From Camelus ferus (taxonomy: Eukaryota), in assembly GCF_009834535.1 (NCBI RefSeq), contig NC_045697.1:83516001-83580000 (forward strand): a DNA stretch of 64,000 nt, read 5' to 3'. Both the position numbers and the translations under genes were made by a program. Shown piece by piece: positions 11,166-25,148 of the stretch. The notes beneath the pieces were generated by a model. It saw nothing but the letters and a program-made list of their open reading frames with translations, searched no databases and was not told the DNA's origin. How positions within the stretch are numbered: position 1 is the stretch's first letter; each line of letters opens with the position of its first letter.

Positions 11166-11650
11166 TGTGTTCGTTTTCTTTTGTTGCTGTAACAAATTGC
11201 CACCAACTTAGTGGCTTAAAACAACCCAGATTTATTAATTTACAGTTCTGGAGGCTGGAGGTCCCATGTGGGTCTCCCTGGGCTAAGTTCGTGGTGCTGG
11301 CAGTGGTGTGTTCCTTTCTGGTGGCTCTAGGGGAGAATCTGTTGCCTCTTCTCCAGCTTCTAAAGTCTGCACACATTTCTTGGCTCCTGTTCCCTTCCTT
11401 CATCTTCAAAATTAGCAATGTTACATCTCTCTGTGCCTTTTTTTCATAGCCCCATCTCCCTCTGATTAGGGACCCGTGTAATTAGATTAGCCCACTTGGA
11501 TAAATCCCTAGCGCAGAGCCCTTAACTTAATCACATCTGTAAGATCCTTCTCACCAGATAACGGGTTTCAGGGATCAGCACATGTTTATCTCGCGGAGGG
11601 GAGGGAACAGGGGGGAGGGAAGGGATTTTCCCTGTGGATATTCTGCCACA
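11166..11650 (-). mobile_element. MaLR solo LTR (MLT1D-like)
   Basis: tg...ca ends. gctgtaacaaattgccaccaacttagtggcttaaaacaac, ggctctaggggagaatct and cttaacttaatcacatctg are MLT1 hallmarks. Confidence 0.85.
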
Positions 11651-13774
11651 GACTATGCTCTTCATGTAATCACACCAGCAGTTCTTGTAGCTGCTCAATC
11701 CCCCAAAAGACAGCTCCTGTTCTCATCGGTGACATACATATGACCAAATAATTAATTTAGCTCTCTGAGTCAATAGTAATTAACCAAAGATTAAATCATT
11801 GTGCTCATAAACTCTTCCTATCCCCTTACACTCTGCAGGTTAACACCAGCAAGCAAGTACCCTTTATTCACTTGGGCAGTTTCAGAAATTTAGCTCTCCA
11901 AAGATTGCTCCTTAGGAGCAGATATGTGATTATCACCAATTCACTGTTTCAGTAGTTTCTAAGGTCATTTTTCTGAAAGTATATCCATTATGAAACTAAT
12001 TAAAAAACAATTTTAAAAGCCAATTTACCAGGACTACCGGCTACTTAAGGACTGGTTGCCAGTTGCATTATACTTTTTTTTTCCCTCTTTCCATTTTATC
12101 CTCTTTGACTTCTTTTGTGTTCCTGCACCCACCTCAGCTTCTGGGTCCTTATTTTATTACTTTTCCCTCTTCAGAAGCTCTCCTTTAATTACCCCAGTCC
12201 AAAAACAACAATGGAGTTCTAGTCCATCTGCTTTTCCTTTCTCTCTTTCGCTCCCTTGCTTTGATTCCCTGGGATTTGGATTGGTACAGCAATGCTTTTC
12301 TCCCCCTTTAGATTTACATATTTATTTTTACGTAACTTGCTGTCTCTATTTTTTTCTCTGAACTATATATACTGAGTAGAATCAGCTTTCCAAAATAAGA
12401 AAAAACTGCATGTACACATTAAGCCAGCTGGTTGGGGCACTGAACAATGATCTATCTTAAAAAAAAAAAAAGAAAAAAAAAAAGAAGTAGAAGAAAAAGA
12501 AGAAGCTCTTCACTACTCTTTATCTTGAATTCAATAATCTGTATACACTAGCACAACATATAACAGAGCCATTCCTTGTTCCTTGTTTAGGAATCCTAAG
12601 AAACAAAGTGAATTCACATAGAAAGACAACTGACTTGATACCCTTGAGTAAATGAATTGAGTAGTTTCGACAATAAGCCATTCAAAGGTTAAAGTTGCTG
12701 TCATCAAAATAGTTAATACTTGTATCCTGTCAGAATTGGATTTCTGATATACTACTGAAAAATACCTTTAAGAAATTTTGTATATAAAATTTTAACAAAA
12801 ATTATCTGACAATATTTTCAAGAGAAAGAAGGCATTATAATGCAGACTCATTTTAACTCTAGTGTATTTGCTTTGCCAAATAAGTAGTTTAAGTTAATAT
12901 TCAAAATATTTTTGCATAATTTGCTCATCTGCTCTAGAAATATAGTAAGCATTTAAAGGGATTAAAGAGAGAAGAGAAAATACTTTCCCAATCTCTGTTA
13001 TCTCTTATCTGATACAGAAGCATTGTCATTGGTCTGACTGAGGGGCAAATGAATAATGGAAAAGGAGAGATGAATTTTTCATTCTTGTTAGAACTTTATT
13101 GCTATAACTAGATCTCCAAAATCATTGTCACTTGCAACTTCACAAGAACGAACGAAGACTCAATTGCCATTCTCAGTGAAGACCCAGTAGCTCATTGCAC
13201 CCAAAAAAGTTCTGTTTCTCTAAATAGGATCAGTCTCTAATGGATGTCAGTGACAGGAGGCCCTTCAGGATAATTCAGAGCCTTAGCAGAGGCCGGTGTT
13301 CAATGCTGTGTGCTTGGAAATTGATACAATGTCAATGCACCATCTTTAAGAGCAAGGACAGCCTAGGAAGGTGATACACTGCAGATCTTCCTTTTAAAGC
13401 CATCCCAGCTTTCACACTGGTTCTCTATTACAACCGAATGCCTCTAAGGAGCAAAATCATTACTGAACATAAGCCACCCCTTTAAGCCACTCATATGTGA
13501 TACAGTCAATGATTTATAACTGAATTTTTATTGTTGATGAGCCCCAAACAGACATATTTTTTAAGTCACCAGTGATGAATTGACTTATAACTTATAAATG
13601 AACAAAAAGCAGAGTGCTACATAGTATTTTTTAAAGGAACAGTCCTAGAATTTGCCACTAGTTTCATGTTAAACAGTCTTTCACTCGGAAATGTTTAGAT
13701 GTATTTAATCATTCATCAAGATGAGACTATTTTCATGAGTTTCCAAATCAGAAAAGGCAAAATAATCATTTAAA

Positions 13775-13923
13775 AATGCTTGTTCAAATTGCAGATTTCC
13801 CAATCCCACACTCACAGATTTTGACCTAGTAGATCTGGGGAGAATAGAAGAATCTATGTCTAATATGCTCACCTAGATGATTCTAATGTAGATGGCAGAC
13901 ATGCAAGTGTGGAGAAATGCTGG
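13775..13923. mobile_element. MER5-like hAT-Charlie fragment
   Basis: gcttgttcaaattgcagatttcc...gtagatctgggg...gatgattctaatg...gagaaatgctg. Confidence 0.55.
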
Positions 13924-14640
13924 CTTCAATAAATTGTATTCACTATTCCTGCAAAATCCAAAGACATGGGCCCTATTATCTTCCTCTGTAGAAAGCATGT
14001 TAAAATAATTTTGTATAGAAATATTTAATTCTACATATAAAAGCACATATATAATGGAAAGCGGTCATAACAGAATTAATAGTCTTATGATTGATTTCAA
14101 CCTCATGCTTGAAGAGTACCTACTTTCACTTATTTTTGAGCCATACACCAAGACTGTGTGACAGTATTTCAGTCAATATGTATACATGTGAAACTTCCTG
14201 TGGAGATGAACAGAGTAGATGTTACTTGAAGGCACAAGAAGTAGATGATTTGAGGGAGTGATTCTAATAAATAGATGGCTTTGTATGGCCTAAGAGGAAG
14301 GCAGTGGATAATTTTGACAAAGTAATGAAAGTATACTGCTTCTGTGATCTTTCAGGAAGAAGGACTCCAGAGGCAAAGAGGGCCGTGAGTAACAGGTTTA
14401 TAAGAACGAGGTTAGAGAAATGGTATTTTGTGGGGGGAGGGGAAGAGTAAAGAGGAAGGAAGGACCAAAGAAAGACAGGCAGGAGGTGGGGAGAGGGAGA
14501 GAAGTTTGGGACATATTCTTTGTGTTTCAAGTCTAACTGAATGTGCTTATACAAAGATATGAAAGGAATCACAAAGGTTCGGGCTGAATTATAGGTGGGA
14601 TAGAGGTACCCCACCAGATGATTTTAAAAAATCACTAATT

Positions 14641-14777
14641 GAGGGAGGGTATAGCTCAGTGGTAGAGCACATGATTAGCATGCACAAGGCCCTGGGTTCA
14701 ATCCTCAGTACTTCCATTAAAAATAAATCAATAAATAAAAGCCTAATTACTTACCTCCCCCCTCCAAAAAGAAAAAA
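14641..14777 (+). mobile_element. tRNA-derived SINE (Vic-1-like, long form)
   Basis: gggagggtatagctcagtggtagagcacatgattagcatgcacaaggccctgggttcaatcctcagtac head, A-rich spacer, cctaattac...ctccccc module and a second A tail. Confidence 0.88.
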
Positions 14778-15487
14778 GTCATTAACAAGGGGATTATTTT
14801 TGAATGAAGAAACGAAATTTTACGTTAGGAAGCTTTGAACATTTGTCTTTTAGAAGCTACAGTTAGAGTGGGCTAGGCTTGTTTGTTTGTTCATTTTGTC
14901 CAAAATGAAAATAAATTTTCTTTGTTTTCAAATATGCAAACTTGTGAGATTTTTAAAAACATTACTAAGGGAAGCCCAGCACCAACTGATTGGAACAGAG
15001 TAACTATGGGGAAGGACGGTGAGCAGAACACCCTCTTCCAAGAGCTAGAACTCTGCCCTCCATCCACATGGTAAGCTTCCCCTCACTGCTCTACCCAAGG
15101 GTGTATGTGAGAAGGTGTGGTTGGCCTCCCTGAATTCAGCCTCCTCAGGTGAGAGATATAATTCCAGGACTCTCTGGTTTCCCTGAGTTAACTCATTATC
15201 AATTTATAACGTAACATTTAAAATATTTAAAGGTATTTATATAATTACTCTTTACCGGCTGTTATTAGAGTCCGTTCTGTAAGCTTACTTTTAATTTGAA
15301 ATAAAATTAAATTTCCCAGCCCTTACAAAATCTGTGATCACTATGTTCAACCTCAACCATTTGTAGATCTCAACCATTCTCCACTTGGCTTTCACATTTT
15401 CATAGACTGAAAAGCTCATCATCACTTCATCTTTCTGATTATTTACTGTTTCTTGCCAGTTGCATAGCTGAACATAGTATTCCTGCT

Positions 15488-15700
15488 GAAAAGAGCTTGG
15501 AAGCTAAAGTCAGACAGATCAACCCGAGTCCAAATCTCAACTCTGTTCCCTTTCTAGCTGAGTAACCCTGGGCAACCTCGCACCATCAGTTTCCATATCT
15601 TTAAAATGAGAACAACACCTACTTCACAGCGTGTACGTTGCCTGTGAGAATGACAGTGTATGTCAAATGCCTAATTCCTGTAGGCCCACAATAAATTTAA
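15488..15700 (+). mobile_element. MIR SINE
   Basis: gtcagacagatc...ctagctgagtaaccctgggcaa...cagtttccatatctttaaaatgag. Confidence 0.65.
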
Positions 15701-15859
15701 GCTATTTTTATGTGAACATATCATGTACTAGGAGAGATTATTTGAGTAACATTTTGGAAAAATTTCTAAAATGAGTAAAACTAGTTCTTCTAAATACCTT
15801 AGAGGTAAAAAAAAAAATTAGCTGGAAGAAAATGAGACCATTTTTGGCTATCCACTCCA

Positions 15860-17170
15860 AAAATATTAATTGGTGTCTACTGTGGGCCAGGCATTCTTCT
15901 GGGAGCTGGGGAGATGGCAGTAACCATGACAGACAAGTTCACTGACCCCATACATCTCACCCCTCTGAAGAGAAGAAACAGACAGTGAATACATAAACAA
16001 ATGAACAAAATACTCTCAGGTAGTGCTATGAAAAAAATGAGACAAGAGAGATCAAGAGTGGAGAGGAAGTGGGGGCAGGGGACAGGGCACTATGAGACTT
16101 GTGATTTGGGAGAAGCTGGATAGGAACATCTTCTCTGACATCTAAGCTGAGACCTGAAAGAAGAGACAAGCCTGCAGTGAATAAAAAGATCTGTGGTGAG
16201 AGAGTTCCACACAAAGGGAGATGCTGTGAAACAAGCTTAGCGTGGCCGAGAGCGAGGAAGGGGAGGCCAGTAGGAGTGGAGCATAGGGGACAGGAAGGGG
16301 CTTGCAGCAAGATTACTCCAGAAGGGCAGATCCCTGCCCTTCTCCTTGAGAGGAGTTTGGATTTTATTCTAATTTCAGGTAGCAGCTACTGGAGATCTTT
16401 GGCAAGGTAGTGATAAGGTCAGATTTAGGTTTGTTGGTTTTAAATCATGTTGGCTGTCATATGGAGAATGGACTGTAGGAAAATAACGAAAGAAGGTGAG
16501 TAATAACAGTGGTTAAGATGGTGAGAAGACCAGGTTTGAGATCTGTTTTGGAGAAATAGCTGAAAGAACTTGCCAAGGGATGGTACATGGGGAGCTTCAA
16601 GAAAGGGTGGAATCAAGGATAACTCCTAAGGTTTTGGCCTCACAATGGTGTGTTCCCTGAGCTGAGGACCATGGGGAGAAGAGGAGTCTCCTGTAGGGGC
16701 CGTGAGGGCATCCACTGAGGACACGGGCTGACCTGGCATCCCGTCTTCCTCACCTACCAGCCTTGGCCAGGTCCCTTAGCCTCTGTGCCTCAGTTCCCTT
16801 TTGTGTAAAATTAGAACCACCACAACACCCATCTCATAGATGTGGTCCTAAGGATTAAATGATTAAATACATGTAAAGTACTTTGGACAGTGCCTGTCTC
16901 ATAGTGTTAATTACTATTAAGCGGGGGAAATCAAGAGTTCTCTTTTGGACCTGCTTATGATGTTTTTAGATGTCCAAGTGGAGGTGTGCAGGCAGTTGGT
17001 CAGGCAAGCTTAGAGTTCAGGGAGAAGTCAGGTGGAAAGATATAAGTCGAGAATGCATTAGCATATTGATGGTATTTAAAGCCCCGACACTGGATGAAAT
17101 CACCTAGGAAAAGACAGTAGAGAAGAGAATAAAACAGGACCAGCCCTGGGGCACTTCAACATTAAGGTCA
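15860..17170 (-). mobile_element. LINE-2 fragment with a nested + strand MIR (about 16715-16915)
   Basis: tctactgtgggccaggcattcttct end plus a long purine-rich L2 body. Inner ctctgtgcctcagttcccttttgtgtaaaa...aggattaaatga is the MIR core. Confidence 0.75.
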
Positions 17171-18194
17171 CAGCTCAGATAAATTTAGATGTCATAGAAA
17201 TGGATGAGAGTCTAAATGAATTCTTTATCTCATACTTTATTTTTAGAGGACATCTTATTCCTAAATTAATTCATGAAAGTCTCATTTGAAGTTCTGGATC
17301 ACAAACTGTCCTCCATTTCACATTTCACATATATGCTTTTCCGTCAGATTGTTGTAGGCTCCTCAAGGTAAGATTATGTAACATCCTTTTTTTTCATGTC
17401 TTTCTCTGTCCCTACTACAGAGTAATACACAGAAGCTCTCTCAATGCCTGTTGAACATCATATATTTAAAGCATTATAATGATAACTTGTCTTTTCCATG
17501 TTACTGTATGGATGATTAGTTATTGAGGACATTAATTATTTTGCTCTAAGGAAGAAGATTAACTGAAACCAGTTTATTGCAAAAAAAAAAGTGACCCCTT
17601 GGAAAACCAAAGAGGAATCCAGGCTCATGAATAAATTTATCTTCCTAGGATCTATCTTTCTCTATTGCACAGGGAAGATGTAAAATGAAAAGACAATGAG
17701 TCTTTGGACTAAAGCAAACTTGTGCTCAAATCTCAGATCCATACAAGTCAAGAGACCCGAACAAGTTACTCAGTCAATCTGAACCCCAGTCTCCTCACCT
17801 TTAAAGTAGCGATGATGATAATACCTTTCTCATAAAGCTTGAAGAAGTCTAGATGAGGTTATGCCTGGCATAAATTGCATACTCACATCTTGTTTTCCTT
17901 TTCTTTCCCACAAATTATACTGCATCATATGGAAGGTTTTTTGCAGTTATTTTTATTTTTTGCATTATTCTCAGTACACATCACAATTACATACATATAA
18001 AATTCAGTTTATTTTTTGAATGATGCATACAAGTGGTAGATTGTTATCTATTGATATAAAAGTATATTGAGTTATAAAAATGTGCTGTTTAGTTTTATAT
18101 AAATTTACTTATTTCTAAATTAAAATATATGTATAACAAGATCTTTCATATGTAATTTGTTGAGTGAGATTTGTTACATGTGTAGTAATTTGAG

Positions 18195-21100
18195 CTTTTT
18201 TAAAATTGAGGTATAATTGATATATAACATTATATTAGTTTGAAGTGTACAACATAATGATTCAATATTTGTATATGCTGCAAAATGATCACAAGTAGTC
18301 TAGTTATCATCCGTCACCATAAAAAGTGACAAAATTTTTTTCTTATGATAAGAACTTTTAAGATTTGCTCTCATAGCAACTTTCAGATATGCAATATATT
18401 ATTGACTGTAGTCAACATGCTGTACATTATATCCCCATGATTTATTTATTGTATAACTGGAAATTTGTACCTTTTTCACCCTCTTCACACATTTTTCCCA
18501 CTCCTCCAATTCACCTCCACTCTGACAACCACCAGTCTATTCTCCATATCCATGAGTTTTGTTTTATTTTGTTTGTTCATTTGTTCTGTTTTTTGAATTC
18601 CACATACCAGTGAAATCATACATTGTCTGTCTTTCCCTGTTTAACTTATTTCGCTTAGCATAATACTCTCAAGTTCTGTCCCAAATAATAAGATTTCCTT
18701 TCTTACAGCTGAGTAGTATTCCAGTGTGTGTGTATGTCTCTGTGTGTGTGTATAAACATCTTCATACATCCATATGGACACTTGGGTTGTTTCCATATCT
18801 TGGCCATTGTAAATAATGCTACAGTGAACATAAGGGATGCATATATCTTTTCAAATTATTGTTCTTGTTTTCTTCAGATAAATACTCAAGTGGAATTACT
18901 GGATCATATTGTAGCTCTATTTTTAATTATTTTGAGTTAAACCATACTGTTTTCCATAGTGGCTGTACCAATTTACAATCCCACTGGTGTGGGGTGAGGT
19001 TTTGATTTGCATTTCACTCATGATTAGGGATGCTGAGCATCTCCTCATGTGCCTCTTAGCCACCTATATGTGTCTTCTTTGGAAAAAGGTCTGTTCAGAT
19101 CCTCTGTCCATTTTTGAATTGGATTGTTTGTTTTTGTTATAGTGTTACATGAGTTCTTTATATTTTGGATATTCACCCCTTACCAGGTATATGATTTGCA
19201 AATATTTTCTCCCATTCAGTAGGTTGTTTTTCATTTTGTTGATGGTTTCCTTTGCTATATGGAAACCTTTTAGTTTGATGTAGTCCCACTTGCTCATTTT
19301 TGTTTTTGTTTGCCTTTGCTTTAGGAATCAAATCCAAAAAATCATCACCAAGACCATGTCAAGGAGCTTACCGCCTATGTTTTCTTCTAAGAACTTTGTG
19401 GTTTCAGGTCTAATCAAGTCCTTACCCCATTTTGAGTTTATAGTTTTGGGTGATGTAAGGTAGTCTTATTTCATTCCTTTGCATATGGATGTGCAGTTTT
19501 TCCTACACCATTTGTTGAAGACACTTTCCTTTCCCCCATTATATATTCTTGGCTCCTTTGTTGTAAATTAATTCACCATATATGGGTGGGTTTATTTCTG
19601 GGCTCTTCCACTTTGTTGAATGTTGAATTTTGTCAAGTGCTTTTTCTGCATCTATTGATACGATCATATGACTTTTATCCTTCATTTTGTTAATGTGGTG
19701 TATCACACTGATTGTTGTGGGTGTTGAACCATATTTGCATCCTTCATAAAAATCCCACTTAATCATGGTGTACGATTCTTTTAATGTGCTGTTGTATTTG
19801 TTTTGCTAATATTTTGTTGGATTTTTGCACATATGTTCATCAGATATTGGCCTATAATTTTCTTTTTGGTAGTGTCCTTGTCTAGTTTTGGTATCAGCGT
19901 AATGCTGACCTCATAAAATAAGTTTGGAAGCATTCCTTCTTCTGTAATTTTTCTGGAGAATTTGAGAAGGATAGGTATTAAATCTTCTTTGAATTTTGGT
20001 AGAATTTACCAGTGAATTTACCACGTGGTCCTGGACTTTTGTTTGTTGGGAGGTTTTTGATTACTGATTCAGTCTCCTTACTAGCAATCAGTCTTTTCAG
20101 ATTTTCTATTTTCATGATTCAGCCTTGGAAAATTGCTTCATGAAGATGATCCAGTTTTGGAATATGTTTCTAGGAATTTTTTCATTTCTTCTAGGTTGTC
20201 CAGTTTGTTGGCCTGTAATTGTTCATAGTAGTCTCTTATGATCCTTTGTATTTATTGGTATCCATTGTAACTTCTTTTTCATTTCTCACGTTATTCATTT
20301 GACCCTCTCTGTTTGTCTTAGTGAGTCTCACTAAAGGTTTGTCAATTTTGTTTATCTTCTCAAGGAACCAGCTCTTAGTTTCATTGATCTTTTCTATTGT
20401 CTTTTTAGTCTCTATTTCATTTATTTATACTCTGATTGTAATTATTTCCTCCCTTCTACTAACTTAAAGCTTCATTTGTTCTCCTTTTTCTAGTATTTTT
20501 AGGTGTAAAGTTAGATTGTTTATTTGAGATTTTTCTAGTTTCTTGAGGTAGGGCTTCCTTCTTAGAACTGCTTTTGTCACATCCCAAAGATTTTGGTATA
20601 CTGTATTTTTCATTTGTCTCAAAGTATTTTTTTAAATTTCTCCTTTGACTTCTTCACTAACCCATTAGTTGTTCAGTAGCATTTGTTTATTCTCCACCTA
20701 TTTGTGATATTTCCAGTTTTCTTCCTGTAGTTGATTTCTAGTTTCATAGTATTGGAATCCAAAAAGATGCTTTATGTGATTTCAGTCTTTTTAAATTTAT
20801 TTATCTATACTTGTTTTGTGGCTGAGCATATGATCTGTCCTGGAGAATGTTCCATGTGTACTTGAGAAGAAAGAATATGTATTCTGCTGCTTTTTGATAG
20901 AATGTTTATATATATAGGTCAATCTGATGTTCAAGGGGTGTCCCCTTTGTGGACTGCATGTGCCCAGGGATTTAGCAAGATAGCAGGAGAGTACAGGGCT
21001 GGGCATGCCAGCCAGTTTTAGCAGGGAAGCACAGGAATCAGGCATGTCTGCTGGCTTTAGTGGGGCAGCAGGAGAGACCTGCGACCACGTGCTTACCACA

Positions 21101-21680
21101 GCTAGCAAAGAAGAAAGTGCCTCAAGACCCAGAGAAAGTCCCAAGAGGCCCCTGCCCCTCCAACAAATGCTTTAAGATTAGCAAATGAATCTCCTCCACA
21201 TGTGATCTAGGTTCTTTGCAAACAGTTGCTTTTGAACTGGGTCCTGGGGCCAATGAGTCTGTGCATGCGCACTTTAAGAGCAAAATCTCAGTTCCCCACA
21301 GTCCTGTGAATCTCCAGAACATAAGCCTCATTCGTCTTAAAAGCCAGGCATTTTAGGGGCTTGTCTCTCCAGTGTAGGTCCCCAAGGTTGGGGTGCCTGA
21401 TGTCGGGCACAAACCTCTCACTCCTGAAGGAAAAGTGCCATTTTCATGGGCTAGCTCCAAACTGTGAGTTACTGCAGTGGGGAGAGGGGGTGGTGATACT
21501 CCATCTCTGTCTCTCCTACCCATCTCAGTGTGGCTCTTTTATCCTGTTGTGGAGGAACTGTTCAGCTGATTTCAGGTCTTTTTCAGGAATTGTTCCATAT
21601 GTAGCTGTGGACTTGGTGTGTCTATGGAAGAAGGTGAGTCAGAATCTTCTGATGCTGCCATCTTGAACTGCCGCCAAGTG
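18195..21680 (-). mobile_element. Internally deleted L1: 3' UTR, decayed ORF2 pieces and a GC-rich 5' UTR
   Basis: 3' end ttgaggtataattga at about 18206. ORF2 remnants in the ORF track ([52 protein letters not shown]). GC-rich 20935-21670 ends in gccatcttg, i.e. an L1-type caagatggc start on the - strand. Confidence 0.85.
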
Positions 21681-21769
21681 GCTCAGCGCCTCACACTTCA
21701 TCTGGCTTGCAGCAAGTTGCAGCTGGTGCTGAGAGCTCCTTCTGTGCTAGCCAGTTATTTGTTGCTTTT

Positions 21770-22708
21770 TGGTTTTGTTTTGTGGTTTTTTTTTTTTTTT
21801 GAGTATAGTTGATTACAGTATTATATAAGCTACAGGTATATTTTTCATATTTTTAATTTCATAATTTTTAAAGGTTATTAAACTCCATTTATAGTTATTA
21901 TGAAATATTGGCTATATTTCCTGTGTTGTACAGTATATCCTTGCAGCTTATTTTATACATAATAGTTTGTACCTCCTAATCCCCTGCCCCTTCCTTCTTT
22001 TCACTGGTAACCGCTAGTTTGTTCTCTATACCTGTGAGTCTGCTTCTTTTTTGTTTTATTCACTAGCTTGTTGTATTTTTTAGATTCTACATATAAGTGA
22101 TATCATACAGTATTTGTCCGTCTTTGACTTATTTCACTCAGCTTAATACACTTCAAGCCCATCCATGTTGTTACAAATGGTAAAATTTTGTTCTTTTTTA
22201 TGGCTGAGTAATATTCCATTGTATATATATGTATATTTACCACATCCTCCTTATCCATTCATTTGTTGATGGGCACTTAGGTTTCTTCCATATCTTGGCA
22301 ATTGTAAATAATGCTGCTATGAAAACTGGGGGTGTGTGTATCTTGTTCAATAAATGTTTTTGGTTTTTTCAGGTATATACCTAAGAGTAGAATTGCTAGG
22401 TCATATGATAATTCTATTTTTAGTTTTCTGAAGAACCTCTGTTCCACAGTGGCTGGACCAATTTACATTCCCACTAACAGTGTACAAGGGTTCCCTCTTC
22501 TCCACATCCTCGCCAACATTTATTATTTGTGTTCTTTTAGATGACAGCCATTCTGACAGGTGTGAGGTGATACTTCATTGTGGTTTCGATTTGCATTTCC
22601 CTGATGATTAGTGATGCTGAGCATCTTTTCATATACTTGTTGGCCATCTGCATTTCCTCTTTGGAAAAATGTCTGTTCAGGTCTTCTGCCCATTTTTTAA
22701 TCAGGCTG
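21770..22708 (-). mobile_element. 5'-truncated L1 (ORF2 end and 3' UTR)
   Basis: Poly-T at left and cagccattctgacaggtgtgaggtgatac ORF2 end. 12-bp TSD tttgttgctttt at 21758-21769 and 22709-22720. Confidence 0.88.
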
Positions 22709-23387
22709 TTTGTTGCTTTTAAACAGACTTAGATCCAGAGGCAAAGGCTGTATGGTCTCATTATTCCCTGCCCCCCAGAGGATGAACTGTGCTAATGAAG
22801 TACATTTAAAGTGAAAAAATGCCTCTTTGCTTTATCCTCATTAAACTATTGTTTCTTTACTTACTATTGTGTGTTACAATTTATTAACTAGGAATTATAA
22901 CTCATAGTAAGTTAACTCTTCTTTCTCCACTCAATTTGCCAGATAAAATAGTTGCATAAAGTTATAATGCAGTCTACTGGCTTCATGAGAATAAAGATAT
23001 GAAACAGTTTCCTGCAGCTTTGAACATCAGAAGAATTTAACAGCTTTTGTGAATATAGTACTGGTGCTCATTTTTAAGCCAGGGGCAATTGTATAAATCA
23101 TGTGCAGCACAGTGTACCTGTCTTTAGAAAGCTGTTTATTGTCATGTATATTTATTAGTTTTCCATGGTTTCAAACAGTATGTTTTCTTTGCCCTCTCCT
23201 AATTTTTTTTTTTTTTTTTTTGCATGCGCACACAAATTCTTACCCCAAAGCCTCTCTAGTTCATCATAAAACAGTCTTTGGGGATAATTATTTTTCCCAC
23301 ATACATCCTTGTGCAGTTGCTTTAGATAGTACTTTAAATAAACTGGATCTTTTCCTGTCCATAGATGTGTACAATTTTCCTTTTGCC

Positions 23388-23903
23388 AGTTAAGAATTGG
23401 GAAGGGTCTGAGATTTCATCCTATTTGTAAGCCAAAAAGTCAGCCTGCCACAGTTTCATGGATGCTGACAGAAAGGACAAGAGTCCTGAGTCAAAGAGAA
23501 AGTATTTTATCACTCACAGAAATAGCAGTAGCCTGAGTATTCACATTTGAGCTTATTCTCCAAGTCCCAGCTGCTGCAGGGTGATGTGAAGAGGTCTGAA
23601 TGATTGATACCCACACATGCAGTGGGTTGCATCATGGAGGAATCCTAATGTTGGAGAACCCGAATCTTTCATAATGGGCAGTAATCCTACATGACCTTTG
23701 CCCTGGAGGTAGACATGGTCTTGTTTATACTGGGAAGTAAGCAAACTTGCCCTTTGCTCTGAAAGAAGATGCTAACTCTATCTTGCAAGGCTGTCTGCTC
23801 AATAAACATCCTTAAAAAGACAGTTCCAAGCAAAGGCAGTCAGTGCCTCTGCTCACAAGACATGCAGGAATGCCAGAATACCATGGAGAATTGTTTCCCA
23901 ACA
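23388..23903 (-). mobile_element. ERVL-class solo LTR (LTR40-like)
   Basis: Reverse strand begins tgttgggaaacaattctccatgg...gtcttgtgagcagaggcactgactgcctttg, matching the recalled LTR40 start. About 515 nt. Confidence 0.7.
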
Positions 23904-24433
23904 CCGCCCAAGCTTTTCTCCATGGACTTGTGCTACATTTTATTAATGTTTTCAATACATGCTTTTAAAGTTAATTTGGATTTAGTGCTATCATAAAATC
24001 CCCAAATCACATGGCCCTCTTGCAAAGGAATATCCCATACTCCTTTTTCTAACTGAATCAAAATTCAGTTTTTAACTTCTGCTCAATTTACTTAAACTTT
24101 GTGTGCCTCAGTTTCCTGATCTGTATAATGAATTAAATAATAAATAGTATCTACCTGTTGAATAGAATAAGTGAGATAATCCACAACAGTGAGGTTAAAT
24201 GAGATGGTCCATCCTTAGTACAGAACCTAGTAAACACTGAGTGTCCATTGCCCAGATATGTTAGCATTAATTAGAACTGGCTATAAGTACAGTTTGATGA
24301 GAGGTACTTAAGATACCACCTTCACTAAACTGACACCATTAGACCCAATTCCAAATATACCTTGGGAGGGCTCACTTGCCTTTTGTTGCTGTAGAAGCAT
24401 TTGTCGGGAATGGGCAGAGATAAAAGGAAGTAA

Positions 24434-25148
24434 GTTTGTTTGTTTGTTTTCCCTGTGATATATTTTATTTTATTTTTTTACTTTTTTAAATTGAAGTATA
24501 GTCAGTTTACAATGTTGTGTCAATTTCTGGTGTATAGCACAATGCTTCAGTCATACATGAATATACACATATTCATTTTCATATTTTTTTCACTGCAAGC
24601 TACTACAAGATATCAAATACAGTACCTTGTGCTATACAGTATAAACTTGTTTATCTTATATATGCCAGTCAGTATCTGCAAATCTCGAACTCCCAATTTA
24701 TCCCTTCCCACACCCTTCCCCACTAGTAACCATAAGTTTGTTTTCTATGTCTGTGAGTCTGCTTCTGTTTTAAATAAGTTCATTTGTCTTTGTTGTTGTT
24801 TTAGATTCCACGTATGAGTGATATCATATGGTATTTTTCTTTCTCTTTCTGGCTTACTTCACTTGGAATGATCCATCCATGTTGCTGCAAATGGCATTAT
24901 TTTATTCTTTTTTGTGGCTGAGAAGTATTCCATTGTATTAATATACCACAACTTCTTTATCCAGTCATCTGTCGATGGACATTTAGGTTGTTTCCATGTC
25001 TTGGCTATTGTAAATAGTGCTGCTATAAACATTGGGGTGCAGATGCCTTTTTGAATTAAGGCTGCCTCTGGATATATGCCCAGGAGTGGGATTGCTGGAT
25101 CATATGGTAAGTCTATTTTTAGTCTTCTGAGGAATCTCCATACTGTTT
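24434..25148 (-). mobile_element. 5'-truncated young L1
   Basis: ttgaagtatagtcagtttacaatgttgtgtcaatttctggtgt 3' end. 11-bp TSD aaaggaagtaa at 24423-24433 and 25149-25159. Confidence 0.9.

Noticed and set aside
14641..14715. tRNA gene
   Set aside because: A/B boxes are present, but the copies are diverged, dispersed, carry A tails and some have TSDs. They are SINEs.
19539..21144. ORFs with reverse transcriptase or endonuclease-like peptides as functional genes
   Set aside because: Short interrupted L1 ORF2 remnants with deletions and stops.
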